Positions 24,419 to 37,546 of a stretch of 64,000 bases of DNA are shown here, one piece after another. Source of the stretch: Fistulifera solaris (lineage: Eukaryota); assembly GCA_030295235.1 (NCBI GenBank), contig AP026169.1, forward strand, positions 620,001 to 684,000. Reading direction: 5' to 3'. Each line of letters begins with the position of its first letter. Positions within the stretch are counted from its first letter, which is position 1. Made by a program: the position numbers and the translations under genes. The notes under the pieces were generated by a model, which was not told where the DNA came from, searched no databases, and saw nothing but the letters and a program-made list of their open reading frames with translations.

Positions 24419-26240
24419 TCAGCTACACGTTCTTGCGCGAATCCCATTGCTTCGCATGTGCTCTTTAACAGCTTCAATTTCAACCTCTTTGCGGTGAAAC
24501 ATTCCTGCAGCCAACGCTGCCTGCACATTCGCTCTTTTGAAAACATCGGTGAAATGCTCGGGCTTCCCGGCTCCACTGCTAGCAATAACAGGTATTGTTA
24601 CCGCCTCTGAAACGGCCTTCATCAACGCAATATCAAATCCCTTACACTGACCATCCATATCAATGCAGTTCAGCATAATTTCACCAGCTCCTAAAGCTTC
24701 GGAACATCGCGCAACGGTGACTGCACAAATGTCGCGTTCCTCTCGACCACCTTTCGCAGTGCACTGATACCAACAAAAGCGTTCTCCATTCGGACCAAGT
24801 TGGTCGCCTTCTAATTCAACTACAACGTGCTTCTTGTCGGTACTATCTTGTGATGCGACGTATACTCGCTTTGGGTCAATCGATACAACAACAGCCTGCA
24901 CTCCGTAAACACGCGATATTGTTTCTAATGAGGTCTCGCCGGTTTTCTTTCCTCCTGATGCTATCAGTGCCTCAGCCGCGTCCACAGCATCACTTCCCAT
25001 GCTAACCTAAATGAAGAATTTCAGTACCTGGATGTTGCAAATGCCTTTCGACGCTACTACATGGTAGACCTACCTTATCAGCGCCTGCTCGAAAGTATCT
25101 AGAAGCCACTTCCAAAGCCGACCAAGTTTGCCCAGAAGCAGGATCCGAATAACTGCGAATGCCGCCACCAACTGTCAACGGTACAAAGATATTTTTGGAC
25201 GCTTCCTCGAGAACTTGTAGCATGGGCATATCCTCGATCACGCCTTGACGAAAGCTTGTAATGTTCAAGAAAGCAATTTCATCGCCACCTTCCTGATAAT
25301 ACCGGCTCGCGAGCGCGACGGGTTTGCCCAAATTTCGAACACCACCTCGTCCCGTTACAACGCCTTCCTTTTGATTCTCCCGAACATCGTACTGGTCACC
25401 TTTGGTGACGACCAGATCTCCGTGGTCGTTGGTTCGAACATCCAGTGCAACAACAACTCGTTTCGTCAAATGCGTCGTTGCCGTCTCATCGATTTCAAGT
25501 GGTTTTGTCGAGCCGAGTGTGCCGTTTTCGACAGCCTTGTATTATTCACATGATTTGAGATGATGCTTGCAAGTCCATCAAACTTAATCTATGGCAACGA
25601 AAGAACTTACCTCTAAAAACGCCCGCATGACTTTCAAACCAGTCGGACCACTCTTTTCGGGATGAAACTGTGTCGCTACAACGCAGCCCTTCTGTACAGC
25701 ACTAATAAATCGTTCGTCTTCGTAGGTAGTCGAGCTCAATACCCATTCTTTGTTTTCGGCTGTCACTGGTGCATAGAAAGAGTGAACAAAGTAGACATCA
25801 TCGTCGTTATTGACATTCTCGAATACCGGACTTTGTTGATGCAAAATGCGTCCATTCCATCCAATATGCGGCACTGTCATCTTTGTTTCGTCAAATTTAA
25901 TCACCTTTCCTGGAATCACTCCCAGTCCGGGGATGGGAGGCTTCCCTGGCTCGTGCTCATCCGACGATTCGAAGAGCGTTTGCATGCCCAAACAGATACC
26001 CAGGAAGGGTCGATTTTGCGCCAAATATTGCCGCAAAGGCTCATCAAACCCTTTTTCTTTCAATACACGCATGGCGGAGCCAAAGGCACCCACACCCGGA
26101 AAAATGATCGCCTTGGCCTCCAAAATCTGACCCGGCTCGGTAATCTCCTGGATTTCGAACCCCGCCGCGAAAATGGCGTTGCGAACGGAGCGGACGTTCC
26201 CGGCGCCGTAGTCCAAAAGAGATACTTTGAATGATGGCAT
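24419..26240 (-). CDS. HIS7: Imidazole glycerol phosphate synthase, fused HisH-HisF
   Basis: [30 protein letters not shown], then [48 protein letters not shown]; two introns (~25540-25610 and ~25008-25072). Confidence 0.95.
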
Positions 26241-26759
26241 GATTGACTTCCTTTTCGTTGTTGTAAACGTAAAGCTGTCTTTTTAGATGGAACGTAAACT
26301 ATTTTTGAATAGTTATACTTGTAGTTTGTAGTCGATTTGATGGATGTGAAAACGACGTTTTGGTGCGTGTCTCGTGCCGATCACCACGAAAATCTGTGTC
26401 AGACGACGGACGTACACAAAAAGATACCACGCGACGCGCCGTTGCCCTAAGTAATTCTCCGTGTTGTACACTTTGTACTATAGTGGAGGGGAAAGGCCTG
26501 TGACGTAGTGTATATATTGGGACTTTTGGACGTTTCGGGGGCCTTCATCATGAGCTTCACGAGACACTTCGACGAACCTTCACGAACAGCGAACAAAACC
26601 AAAACCATCGTCGCACTTTTGTAGGACGAGAATTGAAAAACTGCATAGACCAACCCGAACTTCTTTCTGATTCATGGTCTCATTTTGATTCCTTCAGACG
26701 GCTCATTCAAGTGAATTCGACCAACCAGGACTATCCAGATAAGAAATATTCGGGAAATC

Positions 26760-29038
26760 ATGTCGGAAGTTGAGGAAGGAAAGGCGCCAACAACAACAAC
26801 AACAACAAGCAAGCGTCTCCAATCCAGCCACAGCAGTGGGATGGAAAGCTCTATTTTGCGTTTCAAGGATGTCAACTTCATCGTTGGAACAGGTGATAAA
26901 ACAAAGAATATCTTGACGGACGTGTCGGGGACTGTACGATGGGGACGTAAGTAAAACATTGAGTTGTTGGTCGTTTCATGATGAGAAACTCGTTCGAAAT
27001 TCTCATTCTTTTACGTGCAACGCTGCGTCGGGACGAGCAGGCGTTTTGGCTATCATGGGTCCATCGGGAGCCGGTAAGGTAAGTCAACGTCTTCGAAAGC
27101 ATCATTATTCTTTCTTATTCAAGGGATATTCACTGACGATGTCTAACTCGCCGCACTATCCTTCTTAGACTACGCTCATTAGTTTGTTGACGCTAGATGC
27201 GCTGTACGGTAGAGCCGTCGGTAAGGTGACCCTCAACGGTGTTCCTCTGACGGATCAGATCTTTCGTGAACATTGCTTTGTTGTGAAGCAACATGACAAA
27301 CATTGGCCCTACTTGACCTGTCGCGAAACACTCCGTTACGCCGCGGAACTCTACGATGTAGCGGCGGCGGAAGATATTGATGCCGTCGTGGAAGAGATCA
27401 TTCAAAAGATGGGTCTTGTTACCGCCGCGGACACCCGAAATGCCAGCATGAGTGGCGGACAGCGTCGCCGCTTGTCGATTGGAATTGCTCTTCTCAAGCA
27501 GCCAACTCTTCTCTTTCTCGATGAACCGACCAGTGGATTGGTACGTTTGTTGAGTACAAACGTAGAAAGAACTGGCATAGCATGTCATCTAACTTCGTTT
27601 CACTTTAGGATGCCGCATCTTCCTCAAACATCATGCAAGAGATTGTTCGTGTCGCAAAAGAGGAACGCATCATTATTGTTTGCACCATTCACCAGCCCTC
27701 TACGAAGGTACGTGATACGTGATTCTTATCGACTGGATAAGTCTTTTTTATTGACGCAGCGTGAAAAATGATACCAGGTTTATAATAGTTTTGACCAACT
27801 TATGATCATGTCTCGTGGTCGGGAAGCTTTTAGCGGAGATGTCAAAGAGGCGCTACCTTATTTCGAAAGCATCAATTTTCCGTGCCCGCCGGCAACCAAT
27901 CCAGCTGAATACTTTTTGGATCTTGTCAACTCTGATTTTTCGGATGAAAAAGTCATCACCGAAATCTTGGATATGTGGGAAGAGAGGCGTCCCAGCGCCG
28001 GCTCGTCCCATCACAAGAAAAGGGTTCGGTGATGATGAGGAAGGTCAAGAAGGTGTGACAAAAATGAAGCGAGCACCACTTCGGAAAGAGATGGCGATCA
28101 TGTTTCGCCGACATGCAGTCATGATGCAGCGAGACCCGATTCTTTACATTGGTCGATGCTTCGTTTTTCTCACAACAAACTTAGTCTTTGCCATCGTCTA
28201 CTGGAATGGACGTGACTACACTCAAGATCAGTCGATTAACAAATTTTGGGTGAGCATTTGGTAAGGTCTTAGAAGTGTCTATCTCGCCCTTTCATAGCAG
28301 ATTCCACTCTAATCGTGATTTCACTTTTCGTCCGCAAAGGTTCATTGGTGTCCCTTCCAACATGGGAGTAGTTGCTGTGTACGCGCTCAACGATGAGTTC
28401 AAGTCCGTTCTTCGTGAGAGTAAGAATGGCATGGTCACTGGGTTCAGTTATGTTTTGGCGAAAACTGTCCTAGTCTTGCCCATGTTCTTCATCTTTGCAC
28501 TTTTCGCTCTTGGTATTCCTGCTTTTGCCATTCAAGATAACGAACCGAAAGGCTTCGGAGCTCAAATCATTCTTTTCGCTGCTGTAATGTTTGTATTCGA
28601 ATCTGTCGCAGAAGCACTTTCTGTTTGGTTTGAAGATCCAATCATTGGTATGCTTCAGTTTATGAACTTCTGGTTTGGTGCCTTTCTTTTCGGAGGATTT
28701 CTTATTGCCCCGGAAGACATGTACTGGCCTTTCCGTTTGTTTTACTACATCATGCCTTACGGAGCTTACGCAAGAAGTGTTGCGTACGAAATCTTTGCGC
28801 ATGCCACGTTTGCGCCTTGCGACCGAGCAACGAATCAGCTTTCGGCAATTTGTATTCCCGAGACTGATGGTGTGAAGGTACTTGGGGAACTGAGTAAAGT
28901 GTTTCCTTTGCTGTCTAGCGATGATAACTTCATCTCGGATTTGGTCGCGATTCTTGCGATTGGACTCTTTACAAGATACTTTACGTCATCGGAGCTTTCT
29001 ACAAGTCGACTCTCGTCGCCAAGATCCACGAGAAGTAA
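26760..29038 (+). CDS. ABCG (White-family) half transporter, multi-exon
   Basis: Walker A MGPSGAGK|T, signature MSGGQRRRLSIG, Walker B LLFLDEPTSG, CTIHQPS, NPAEY, C-terminal TM domain; several GT-AG introns and two homopolymer indels. Confidence 0.9.
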
Positions 29039-29212
29039 TTGAAAGCAGTGCAGTTTTCGTTTCTTAGTGATATTTACATTCAATATATATCTACACCATT
29101 AATCATCAACGCGTTGCTTTTCATTCTAGCGTGAAGCAATGCGCTCCTTTTCAATCAAAACCTTATAAATTAATTACAATTTAGTGAGATGAAAACGTCT
29201 TACGCAGTATTA

Positions 29213-30260
29213 TTATTTTTTTAGTTGCTGAAATCGAGCAGCCAGATCGGCAAACGATGATGTCATGCTCGTAGCAGTGGAAGCACCACTCGGAGATACC
29301 GAAGACGGTGCCGAAGGCGGCATTCCAGGTTCATCGCCGCCATCTTCATCATCATCACTTTCTCCACTTATGGAACTGACACCCGTGGATTTTCCATTGG
29401 AGTTTCTTGCCGCCGGTACGGTAATTTCGGGATCGGTCTCGCTAAAGTTATTCGACATGGAGGGCGGGATGTAAGGAGCCATGCGAGGTACAGAGACAAA
29501 CGTTGGTGACTGTTTACTTCCGTACGCTTTCGAACTAACATCATCCACAATGATTCCCAAGCCAGTCCCCTGTGCTATTCCCACAGAATCTCCAAGAGGT
29601 GCGGCCATGGGTTGAGAGAGCTGTGCAGCAGTTAACTTTAACTTGGGTGACCAGTCGACTTGATGCTTTTCACAAATTCGCTCCAAGTATATTTGCACCA
29701 ATGCGGCTGCTGGCGGTTCGACCGACAGCTTGTGGACTACTCTTTGATTCAAAACATTCCCCGCGTTCTGTAAAGCCCGCTCTTCGAACTCTTTTCCGTA
29801 CTTCGCTTTGAATTGTTTGCGGATAAGGACAAGTTCGGGTATATCCACCCGGTGCGAAGCCCATATGATAGTTGACACTACAGTCACCAAATCGTTCGGA
29901 CAGTCGCTACTGTAATCTATGAGCTTCATACGCTCATAGAGTAGTTCACAGCCCAACTGCAATATCTCGTAAGCCTCGATGAGATAGTCGTCACGAATGA
30001 GCGCTTCGGCCCGAATCCTCGCTTTCTCTTCTTTTGGTGGGTCTTCTGCCAGCATTTTTGCAACTTCCCTCATATTTTGTTTCTGTAATGCTGCTTTCTT
30101 GTTGGAAGCTATTTGAATCCTACCCACTGCCATCTTTAATTCTAAAAGAAATGAAATCGTACTGACATTGAGAGAAAATTCAAGCGCAGTTGTCGACTTT
30201 TTGACATAATTTTGACGCACCTGGCTTGAGCCTCTTTGCGTTGAAGCCACCACCAAACAT
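29213..30260 (-). CDS. IST1: IST1 homologue (ESCRT-III associated)
   Basis: Spliced MFGGGFNAKRLKP|ELKMAVGRIQ..., KARIRAEALIRDD, YEIL...CELL, KYGKEF, C-terminal MIM-like FADLAARFQQLKK; intron ~30143-30220. Confidence 0.9.
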
Positions 30261-30878
30261 ACTCGAATCGGCTGTTTTTCCGGATTAAGATCGAAAGTAA
30301 GGTATGAAGATCCTTTTGATGAACACCTACAAGGAAATAGAAACACGAGTTAAAACTCTTGCCAGGCAACAAGAATTGAAGCACGAGCCAAACAGCCGTT
30401 GAGCGATGTCGTACTGCTACCGCTCCCGGTACGGTACCGGTACCGTACCTGGTATTGCGCGTTGGGGAAAACGTCCGTGACTGAAACGACTCATGACTCA
30501 TGACAAGACGGATGATTTAGTGCCGTGGTAAACAATGAAATGCTCGATCCGAGAGGATTCTTAACAATAAATGAGGTAAATGTAAAATGTAGTTAATCAT
30601 TTACTGCAAGCAAATGAAGGTTATTCTATTCATATAGCTACTTCAACCCACTTAGCACAAATTACATGCAGGCGTCCTGCGTGTGAACTGATTGCTGATA
30701 GTTCCATCGTAAAAACTGACTTGTCATGGGGTAATCACGTGCGAGAAAGCAAATCGAAGCAGAAAGACAACTAAGCGCACGCCTAAACCACCTATACTAC
30801 GACGAGTTGACGAGTCACTTGCATTCTGACAGCCGCCCTGTGGATTTGGGTGATGTATCTCGAAGCCGGTAGGTACAA

Positions 30879-31926
30879 TTATTCTCGTAAGCGTGAATGC
30901 GCCAGCACTGCCATCCGAAACTTCAACCACCCGCCAGGAAACGTGCGAGTGTCACGCCAATTCACCGCACCACCACCTCGTATTCTCAACAAAGGAGCCC
31001 AATAACGTGGGCCCTTCGTCACTTGTACAGCATTTTCCTTAAGCCAACGCCAGAGAAGATGTTCGGAATTCCAATCACCCTTTCCTGTTTGGGTCGAAAC
31101 ATCGACTTTTTTTGGAAGAAAAGCCAGAACTGAACCATTGTACCCATAATTCAACTGAGTTCCAGAAATTTGCACCCTTTTCGAGGTCACCTTCTTGGCC
31201 ACCTTTCACGTAATGGAAAAATCCTTGCGCCTTGGCCTGAACGTAAATTCGAGCAGCCGCCGGACCCGCTACGGCAAAGCGATCGTTATTTTCATCATCG
31301 TCGTGAACTTGCCAAGAGGGCACGATCAGTTCGTTTTCGGCGATATTGCAGTGAATGTCGACCTTGTCGGCCAGGAACGTATCGGGACGCGCGAACACAA
31401 AAACGCGGTACTCTTTGTTGCTCTGAAGTGCATGTTGATAGGACTGAAGCATGGAATTCCCTTGTCGGAACATGTTTTTCAGAGTATTGAGCGTCCATCC
31501 TGGACCAAAATGCATTAAATGCTTTTCTCCTAGCCAAGTGAGATTTCGGGCATCAAAGTCGGCCTGACGTGTTTGTACGAGTACGTCATTGCCTTGGCCG
31601 ATGGTGTGAAGGAGAGTGGCGACGGATTCCATTTCGACATTGATTTCTCCGTTTTTCGGGTTGGTCAGCGTTTTGATGTCTGAGTAGAGGTGCATGGAAA
31701 CATCAAACTGAATGTGCGGATTGTGGTCAATGAGATTTTGTCGATAGGCTCTCCATACTAAAGGGAATGATTTTGGCAACCCAAAGAGAATGAATGCTGC
31801 TTGACATTGAGTATGATTGTGCGCGACTTTGGGATCGTCAACAAGTTGAAAGAACCAAAAATGGCACAACAGATTGAGAGACAGCACGACGAGAAATAGC
31901 ACGACGGCAAATCGCATGGAGAGCAT
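30879..31926 (-). CDS. Type II membrane hypothetical protein, possibly glycosyltransferase-like
   Basis: N-terminal TM anchor; FILFGLPKSF, FARPDT, NDRFAVAG, NSEHLL, LLRIRGGG. A frameshift in the homopolymer near ~31110 joins ORFs 31075-32013 and 30879-31202. Confidence 0.55.
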
Positions 31927-32497
31927 GCTTCTCCGTTTGCCGAAATGATGCTTTTGTACGGAGAATGTCTCAAGTGTCTCATTCTTTCTTGCCCATTGCT
32001 GTATAACATTCACGGTTGAGTCAAAGGAAAAGGATTAAGTCAAAGGAAAAGGATGCTATGTCGACAAGAAGGAAAGCATCGAGCAGCATTTTGGCCGCAT
32101 TTTTCAAAACGCAAAACGTAGTTGGCGCCTTTTCGAAATTGGATTCTTAGGGTTAGGAGTTATGAGGTATCCACGCCTTAATTTTCCCAACGTTCCGTTT
32201 CGAATTTTCGAAATGCCGTTGATCCATTTAGTTATGTAGTAGAGATTTTACACTTAATAATCAACACATTTCTTACTAGGGAAGATTTTTCTTGCGGACG
32301 GAAAAAGCCCAGCAACGAACAGATCGTGGTGGAATTTGGCTCGCAAGAGGTGCGCTTGACAAGAGTGAACTGGAGGGAGAAGCAAAGTACAGTACCATGA
32401 TAAGCTTACTATTCACTCCGTCGCGGAGCTACATCCGTGCAATTGTTGTTATTCAAACAATTCACCGTCAAAACGACGGTATTAAAAGACCAGAACT

Positions 32498-33424
32498 ATG
32501 GAAATCGTTGACAAGAATGCTTATTGGATAGCTCATCAACCTATGCGTTCTTTATCCGACGCGGACCGAGCCAAGTTGCAGCGCCGTGTCCCTTCTTTTC
32601 ACCCAACTCCGCGGAAAACTTCGTTACTGGATCCCGAATTAAAGAGTATTTTTGAACGGAAACTGGAATCAGCGGCTTTCTTCAAACCTGTAGCGGAGGT
32701 AACACCGGAATATGTGCCCAAGGAGGAGTCGATTTCGCCGGCTCTCCCAGAAAGTGCACCACCCACCCTGGAAGAAACAGTAGAAACGACAGAATTCGAG
32801 GAAATGAAACAATCATCAACCTTACTGACGCGAACTATGCTCTTTGCCGAGAGGCGCAGGAAAGAAGGGAGAGAAGTGTTTCGCCGACGAATGGTAAGCT
32901 TTCATTTTGCTCTTTTATGTCTTCTCCTAAGTTGTTGCCTCACGATACAAAATCCAGCAAACCTCCGCTTGTAATGCTTTGAATGATACGGACGTTGCAG
33001 TCGACATGGAATGCGCCAGTGCGAGTCCTTCGGTCAATGATCAACTGGAGATGCCGGAAAAGGAAAGGACACCGGAAAAGGATGCGGATACAGTTCTCAG
33101 TTTCCCCAATCCGGTAGATACCAGCTTTTCATCGGTCGATCTAACCGATGGAGAATACCCTGGACGATTTCTCGCCCGAACGAGCTCCTCTCTCAACTCA
33201 AGCAACTGAGTACTAGAGTGGCGCATATGATTTCATCCGAAGAGCGTAAAGAGGAAGAAAAGGACTCGGAAGAGAATGATCCAATCTACAGTGCTCGCCT
33301 GAAAGATGCGGAAAAGGCCAACTTGAAATGGTACGAACGCCCCTTCAAAACCCACCCTTTTGATTACATACCCAAACCGAGCTCCAGATTCAATTGTCTC
33401 TGTCCAGGAATGGTTGATTTCTGA
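32498..33424 (+). CDS. Hypothetical protein (probably spliced)
   Basis: Three collinear acidic ORFs; donor gtaagc at ~32894; no recognisable domain. Confidence 0.45.
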
Positions 33425-33737
33425 TTAAAAATGATTCAAGCAAAATTTGATTTGAATCCAAAAATGTATGGTTTACACAAAATATGCTATTTTTGTGCCG
33501 CCAGACAAGGAACTCGCCTCGAATTGATCACCATTTCTTTGCGCCTAGAGAATAAGGCTTGTAGTCCGTAAACGCTATTTAGTCGCCCTGCAAGATATCT
33601 TCGCGCACTTGAACAATACAAAATGATACTAGGAATTACGGATGACTTGCTGGCTTAGCCTAGAACCACAAGTACTAGAAAAGGACCACATCCGCTTCCA
33701 TGAACCACTTAATAATTTCTTGCAATAGAACTAATTG

Positions 33738-35166
33738 TCACGTACTATGCAATAAGGACTCACACAACCAATCCACGTAATCCGCCAACAATAACCCAAT
33801 ACGTTGAAAGTCGGAGGAGGCGCGATAATGCAAAGCGGCGGCCGCAAGCGATTGTCGCGTCGATGGCAATGATTCTCGCGTGAGACTTTTGAGACCACGA
33901 AAGAATCGGTTCAGAGAATTAAGGGAACGGATTTTTTAACTGGATGTTTCAATGACATCTAAGTATCGATTTCGTTGAAGCAGCTGTTGGAGCCACAGCA
34001 CGTTAGGGTCGACCATCGTTGGGTACTTTAATAAGCGAACAGTGCGCACATTGTCGTGAGTCTCCAAAACCGCAAAGAGATCTTCCATAAAATCATAAAC
34101 GTAATTAGTTTCTTCCATCAATTCCAAAGTTTCTAGCTCTTTATTGGCAGCCACCGCCTGAATCAACGCTTTCCCGACATCCGAAGGAACAGGATGAAAC
34201 GTAACCAGATGAAACGCAAATCGTTCTAAATGCCCCAACTTAGCCACTCGGCGAAAAAACGAAAGTACGAAGCTTGTGGGAAAGTCGCTAACCGCCATTA
34301 CGGCAAGATCAACGTCTTTCGGAACAATATCTACCCTGCTTAAATCAATTTCGCTGCTCTCCGATGAGACTCTAAAGCCGATCCTTTCCAGTGGTGCAGA
34401 AAGAAACGGCACTATGAGATCATTCGGTAGATTGTTTATTTGAAGATTCTTGAACAAAAATGAAAATACTGGAAAAGTCGTCGAAGATCGAGATCGTCAT
34501 GACTCCACTCCAATGTAAGAGATCCAAATGAAGTTTAGCGAGCCTGTAGGTTTCCAAAGAATGCAATATTATCAATCGAAAAAGAATCAACGACAACTGA
34601 ATAGGTTAAGGATGCGTAGCAATAATCGAGGACAAAACTGAGTTCAGTTGTGAATTAATAAATCTGATTTCCGTGGCTGGAGTCGTTCGCAATAAGGACG
34701 CAAGTTGCTCGGAATGACCAACGTCAAAATGCAAGTCAGGATGGATTGTAATGTTTAGTGCCGTCATTGTGGAATCCTCCGAGACGTCCAAGCTTGTAAA
34801 CTATACTGCAGTGTCCAGTATGCTCTCCACCGTTTCGCCAAAAACCAGAATTTCCAACTCCGGCATGTTATTAAACTCAAAAAGCAGCGTCAGAGACTGC
34901 TGGTAACATTCATCCAAGCGAAGAGGAGGGAGTCCGAAGATACCACCAAGATTCAGCAAGACCAATGTGTCCAGCTGTGGCATCCAAACAACGAATCCAT
35001 TTGTGTACGGCGCAAGCTCGTCGATGGTGTGAAAGGTGCACGCAAGAACTTGTGCGTCGACAGACTATGCCCGTCCGCTGTTTCTACTTTTAAAAAAGTC
35101 CTCGATATAATCGTGAGGAAGGAGAGTAAAGAGTGGTGATACTTCTGCTAATAATTCGTTTGACAT
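33738..35166 (-). pseudogene. Degraded LRR-like diatom gene-family member
   Basis: Collinear fragments (GETVESILDTAV*FTSL; HP*PIQ; ALIQAVAANKELETLEL; LQQLLQRNRYLDV; LNRFFRG...ASSDFQRIGLLLADYVDWLCE) broken by in-frame stops as well as frameshifts. Confidence 0.6.
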
Positions 35167-36074
35167 GATTACTAGTCTACCAGTACGGGGATATATTTAT
35201 TACGTAGTATTATTTATTTGTGAAAAGTGAAATCGAAGGTCCCATCGCGAAGACACCCTAAAAATGCTTACCAGGTACAGTACCTGGTACCGGTACCGTA
35301 CCAAAAAGAATTTTCGTGTTCTTGAAAAAGATCCCCAGATTTTCTGGTAACTCAAAGAAACATAACATCTCACAGAATTTCGATGTGCCTTAAATGAACA
35401 CCCAGATTTTCTGTCTGTTCAAAGACACCGATTGCATAGAGCCCCTGCATAGGCTGCAGGGAGCTTTTTTTCGTTGTCGCCCTTCCCGCAAGCGGGCGGG
35501 CCTCGAACCCCATGGATAGCGTCAGCCTCGTGACCCCGACACACACACGGACAGTGCGCCATTGTAAATAGACTTGACTTAACCTTCCGTCAAACCTGCA
35601 GCGAGATCGAGGTCACTTGCTGCTTCTGTGAAAACTATCCAAAACTATTTTTGTCATAGCTCGCAAAACCACTCGACGGGATCCGTCGGTAACGTCCTTA
35701 TCGGCTGACGTGCGGACTTTACGCGGTAACCCACGTGCGAAAGTTGGGTTGATGGCGATGGTTTGGCGTAATACTTCCTTCACAAATCATGGAGAATTAC
35801 TTCGGGGAATAGATGGAACGAAGTTTGCGATTACCTGTCGACAAACCGCCGGATCAGTCAACCTCTAGGCATATCGTGACTCAATTCGGAAAACAAAAAT
35901 CTGGCCGACAGCTACGGTACCAGGTACATACAGTACCGTACCGTACTCAATAAGTACAGCTGTGTCTCTTCGAGTATTTTTTTGTTGGCATCGCGATTGG
36001 ACCATGACACGGTTCATCGTTCATCCGCCTAAAAAGAGAGCCTACAATAAAGACCTTCTCGTGATATGTAAGAA

Positions 36075-37467
36075 ATGGCGTTCAGCATTCATCAGCAACG
36101 CGCTCTCGCTGTGATTCCCAAAGTCACCGGTAACGTCTCTGCCTTTTTCAGCGGTTTAATTATCTATACCATTGTGCGCAATCAAAATCGAAGAAGTCGG
36201 ACGTATCATCGCCTCTTATTTGGTATATCCTGTTGCGACGTTTCTGCGTCGCTTTGGTTAGCCTTATCGACATGGCCGGTTCCCAAATCGAGTGGCTTGT
36301 TGTGGGCCATCGGCAATGACACATCTTGTAATGTACAAGGCTTTTTCACACAATTTGGTATCGCCAGTTCTTTTTACAATGCCAGTCTGTCCGTTTATTA
36401 CGTACTTGTAATACGGTATGGCTGGAAAGAGCATCAATTACGGAAAGTAGAACCCTTACTTCATACATTTCCTTTGCTGTGGGCTACTGTCACCGCGATT
36501 GCGGGCTTGATCAAGGGAGTATTCGGCAATGCTTCTTTGTGGTGTTGGGTGGCGGCTGAAAACAAAGTCTTTCGCTGGGCCGCTTTCTATGGTCCTCTCT
36601 GGCTCATGATAGGGATTGTGACTGTCAATACCACTTTGATTTATGTTCACGTTCGAAAGATTGAAAGAGCTGCTACCCTTCACCGTTTGTTCAGAGACGC
36701 TCCGTCGACGTCTCCTGTTCCGGCTTCTACTTCTGCTGCCGCATCTTCTCAGGAATTGTCCCCGCAACCGTCTACCCCGAAATCCATATCCAGTAATTTC
36801 AGTTCACGATTGTCGTTCGAAGCAGTCCGCAGTAGTTTGAATCCGACCGATAACAGCGCAGTGACGGAGGCAAGGCGGGAGGATATCAATGTACGGCGAT
36901 CGCGACTGCGGACAAGGTCTCGTTACACACGTGAGGTGGCGATTCAAAGTTTTCTTTACGCCGGTGCTTTCTATTTGAACTGGTTCGCGTTGACGGTAAG
37001 TGTCACAAGTATATGATAGTGTTGCGAATCGAAGTGCCTCACGGTAACCACAACGGCAGATCACGCGCTTATTGCAACAAGTCAACGGTAAAGTGTATTT
37101 TCCGTTGCTGTTACTGGCAGCGTTGACTGTTCCGCTCCAGGGACTTCCTAATTTTCTAGTCTACTTGCTCCCTCGTCTCAAGAAACTACGAACTTCCCAA
37201 GGACGAGAACGAATCACCCAAAAGATTGCTTCAAGAATGAGTCGTCTCACTTCGCCCAGTGTTGTTTTGTATTGCGCTCCTGCATATACTACACCACAAT
37301 CTGAACTCTTGCCCGAAATCGAAGCAATTGACGCATTAGTGGAGGAAAGTGACAATCAAGACGGTTGTGAAGATCTACCTACATTAATCAAAGACCTCGA
37401 GATGGATATCAATGAACTGGAGGCAAAAAGCTCGTCGTCACCCAATCGCATAGAACAGACGGCATAG
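36075..37467 (+). CDS. GPCR-like 7TM protein (cAMP-receptor/Git3-like)
   Basis: YHRLLFGISCCD, CNVQGFFTQFG, YNASLSVYY, LWCWV, long Ser/Pro-rich third loop, PLQGLPNFLVY; intron ~36996-37058. Confidence 0.8.
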
Positions 37468-37546
37468 AAAGGATACCTTGATGTGTCAATACTGTTTGTT
37501 AAGAATTAAAAAAAGGTTTTGTAATGTGCTTCTCGTGGCTTCTCTT

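Noticed and set aside
4352..26240. Bacterial contamination or an operon (hslV, dapF, hisHF, Lin0512)
   Set aside because: These genes have spliceosomal introns and/or eukaryotic targeting peptides and are interleaved with eukaryote-specific genes.
11535..26240. Functional gene cluster around the SITs
   Set aside because: Neighbours (MFP, dapF, NDUFB9, MEI2-like, HisHF) have unrelated functions; there is no sequence evidence of a shared pathway.
32019..32054. 17-bp direct repeat agtcaaaggaaaaggat x2 as a target-site duplication
   Set aside because: The copies are separated by only 2 bp, so a simple local tandem duplication is sufficient.
35461..35565. tRNA gene
   Set aside because: A B-box is present but no acceptor or anticodon stems could be formed; kept only as a SINE/ncRNA candidate.
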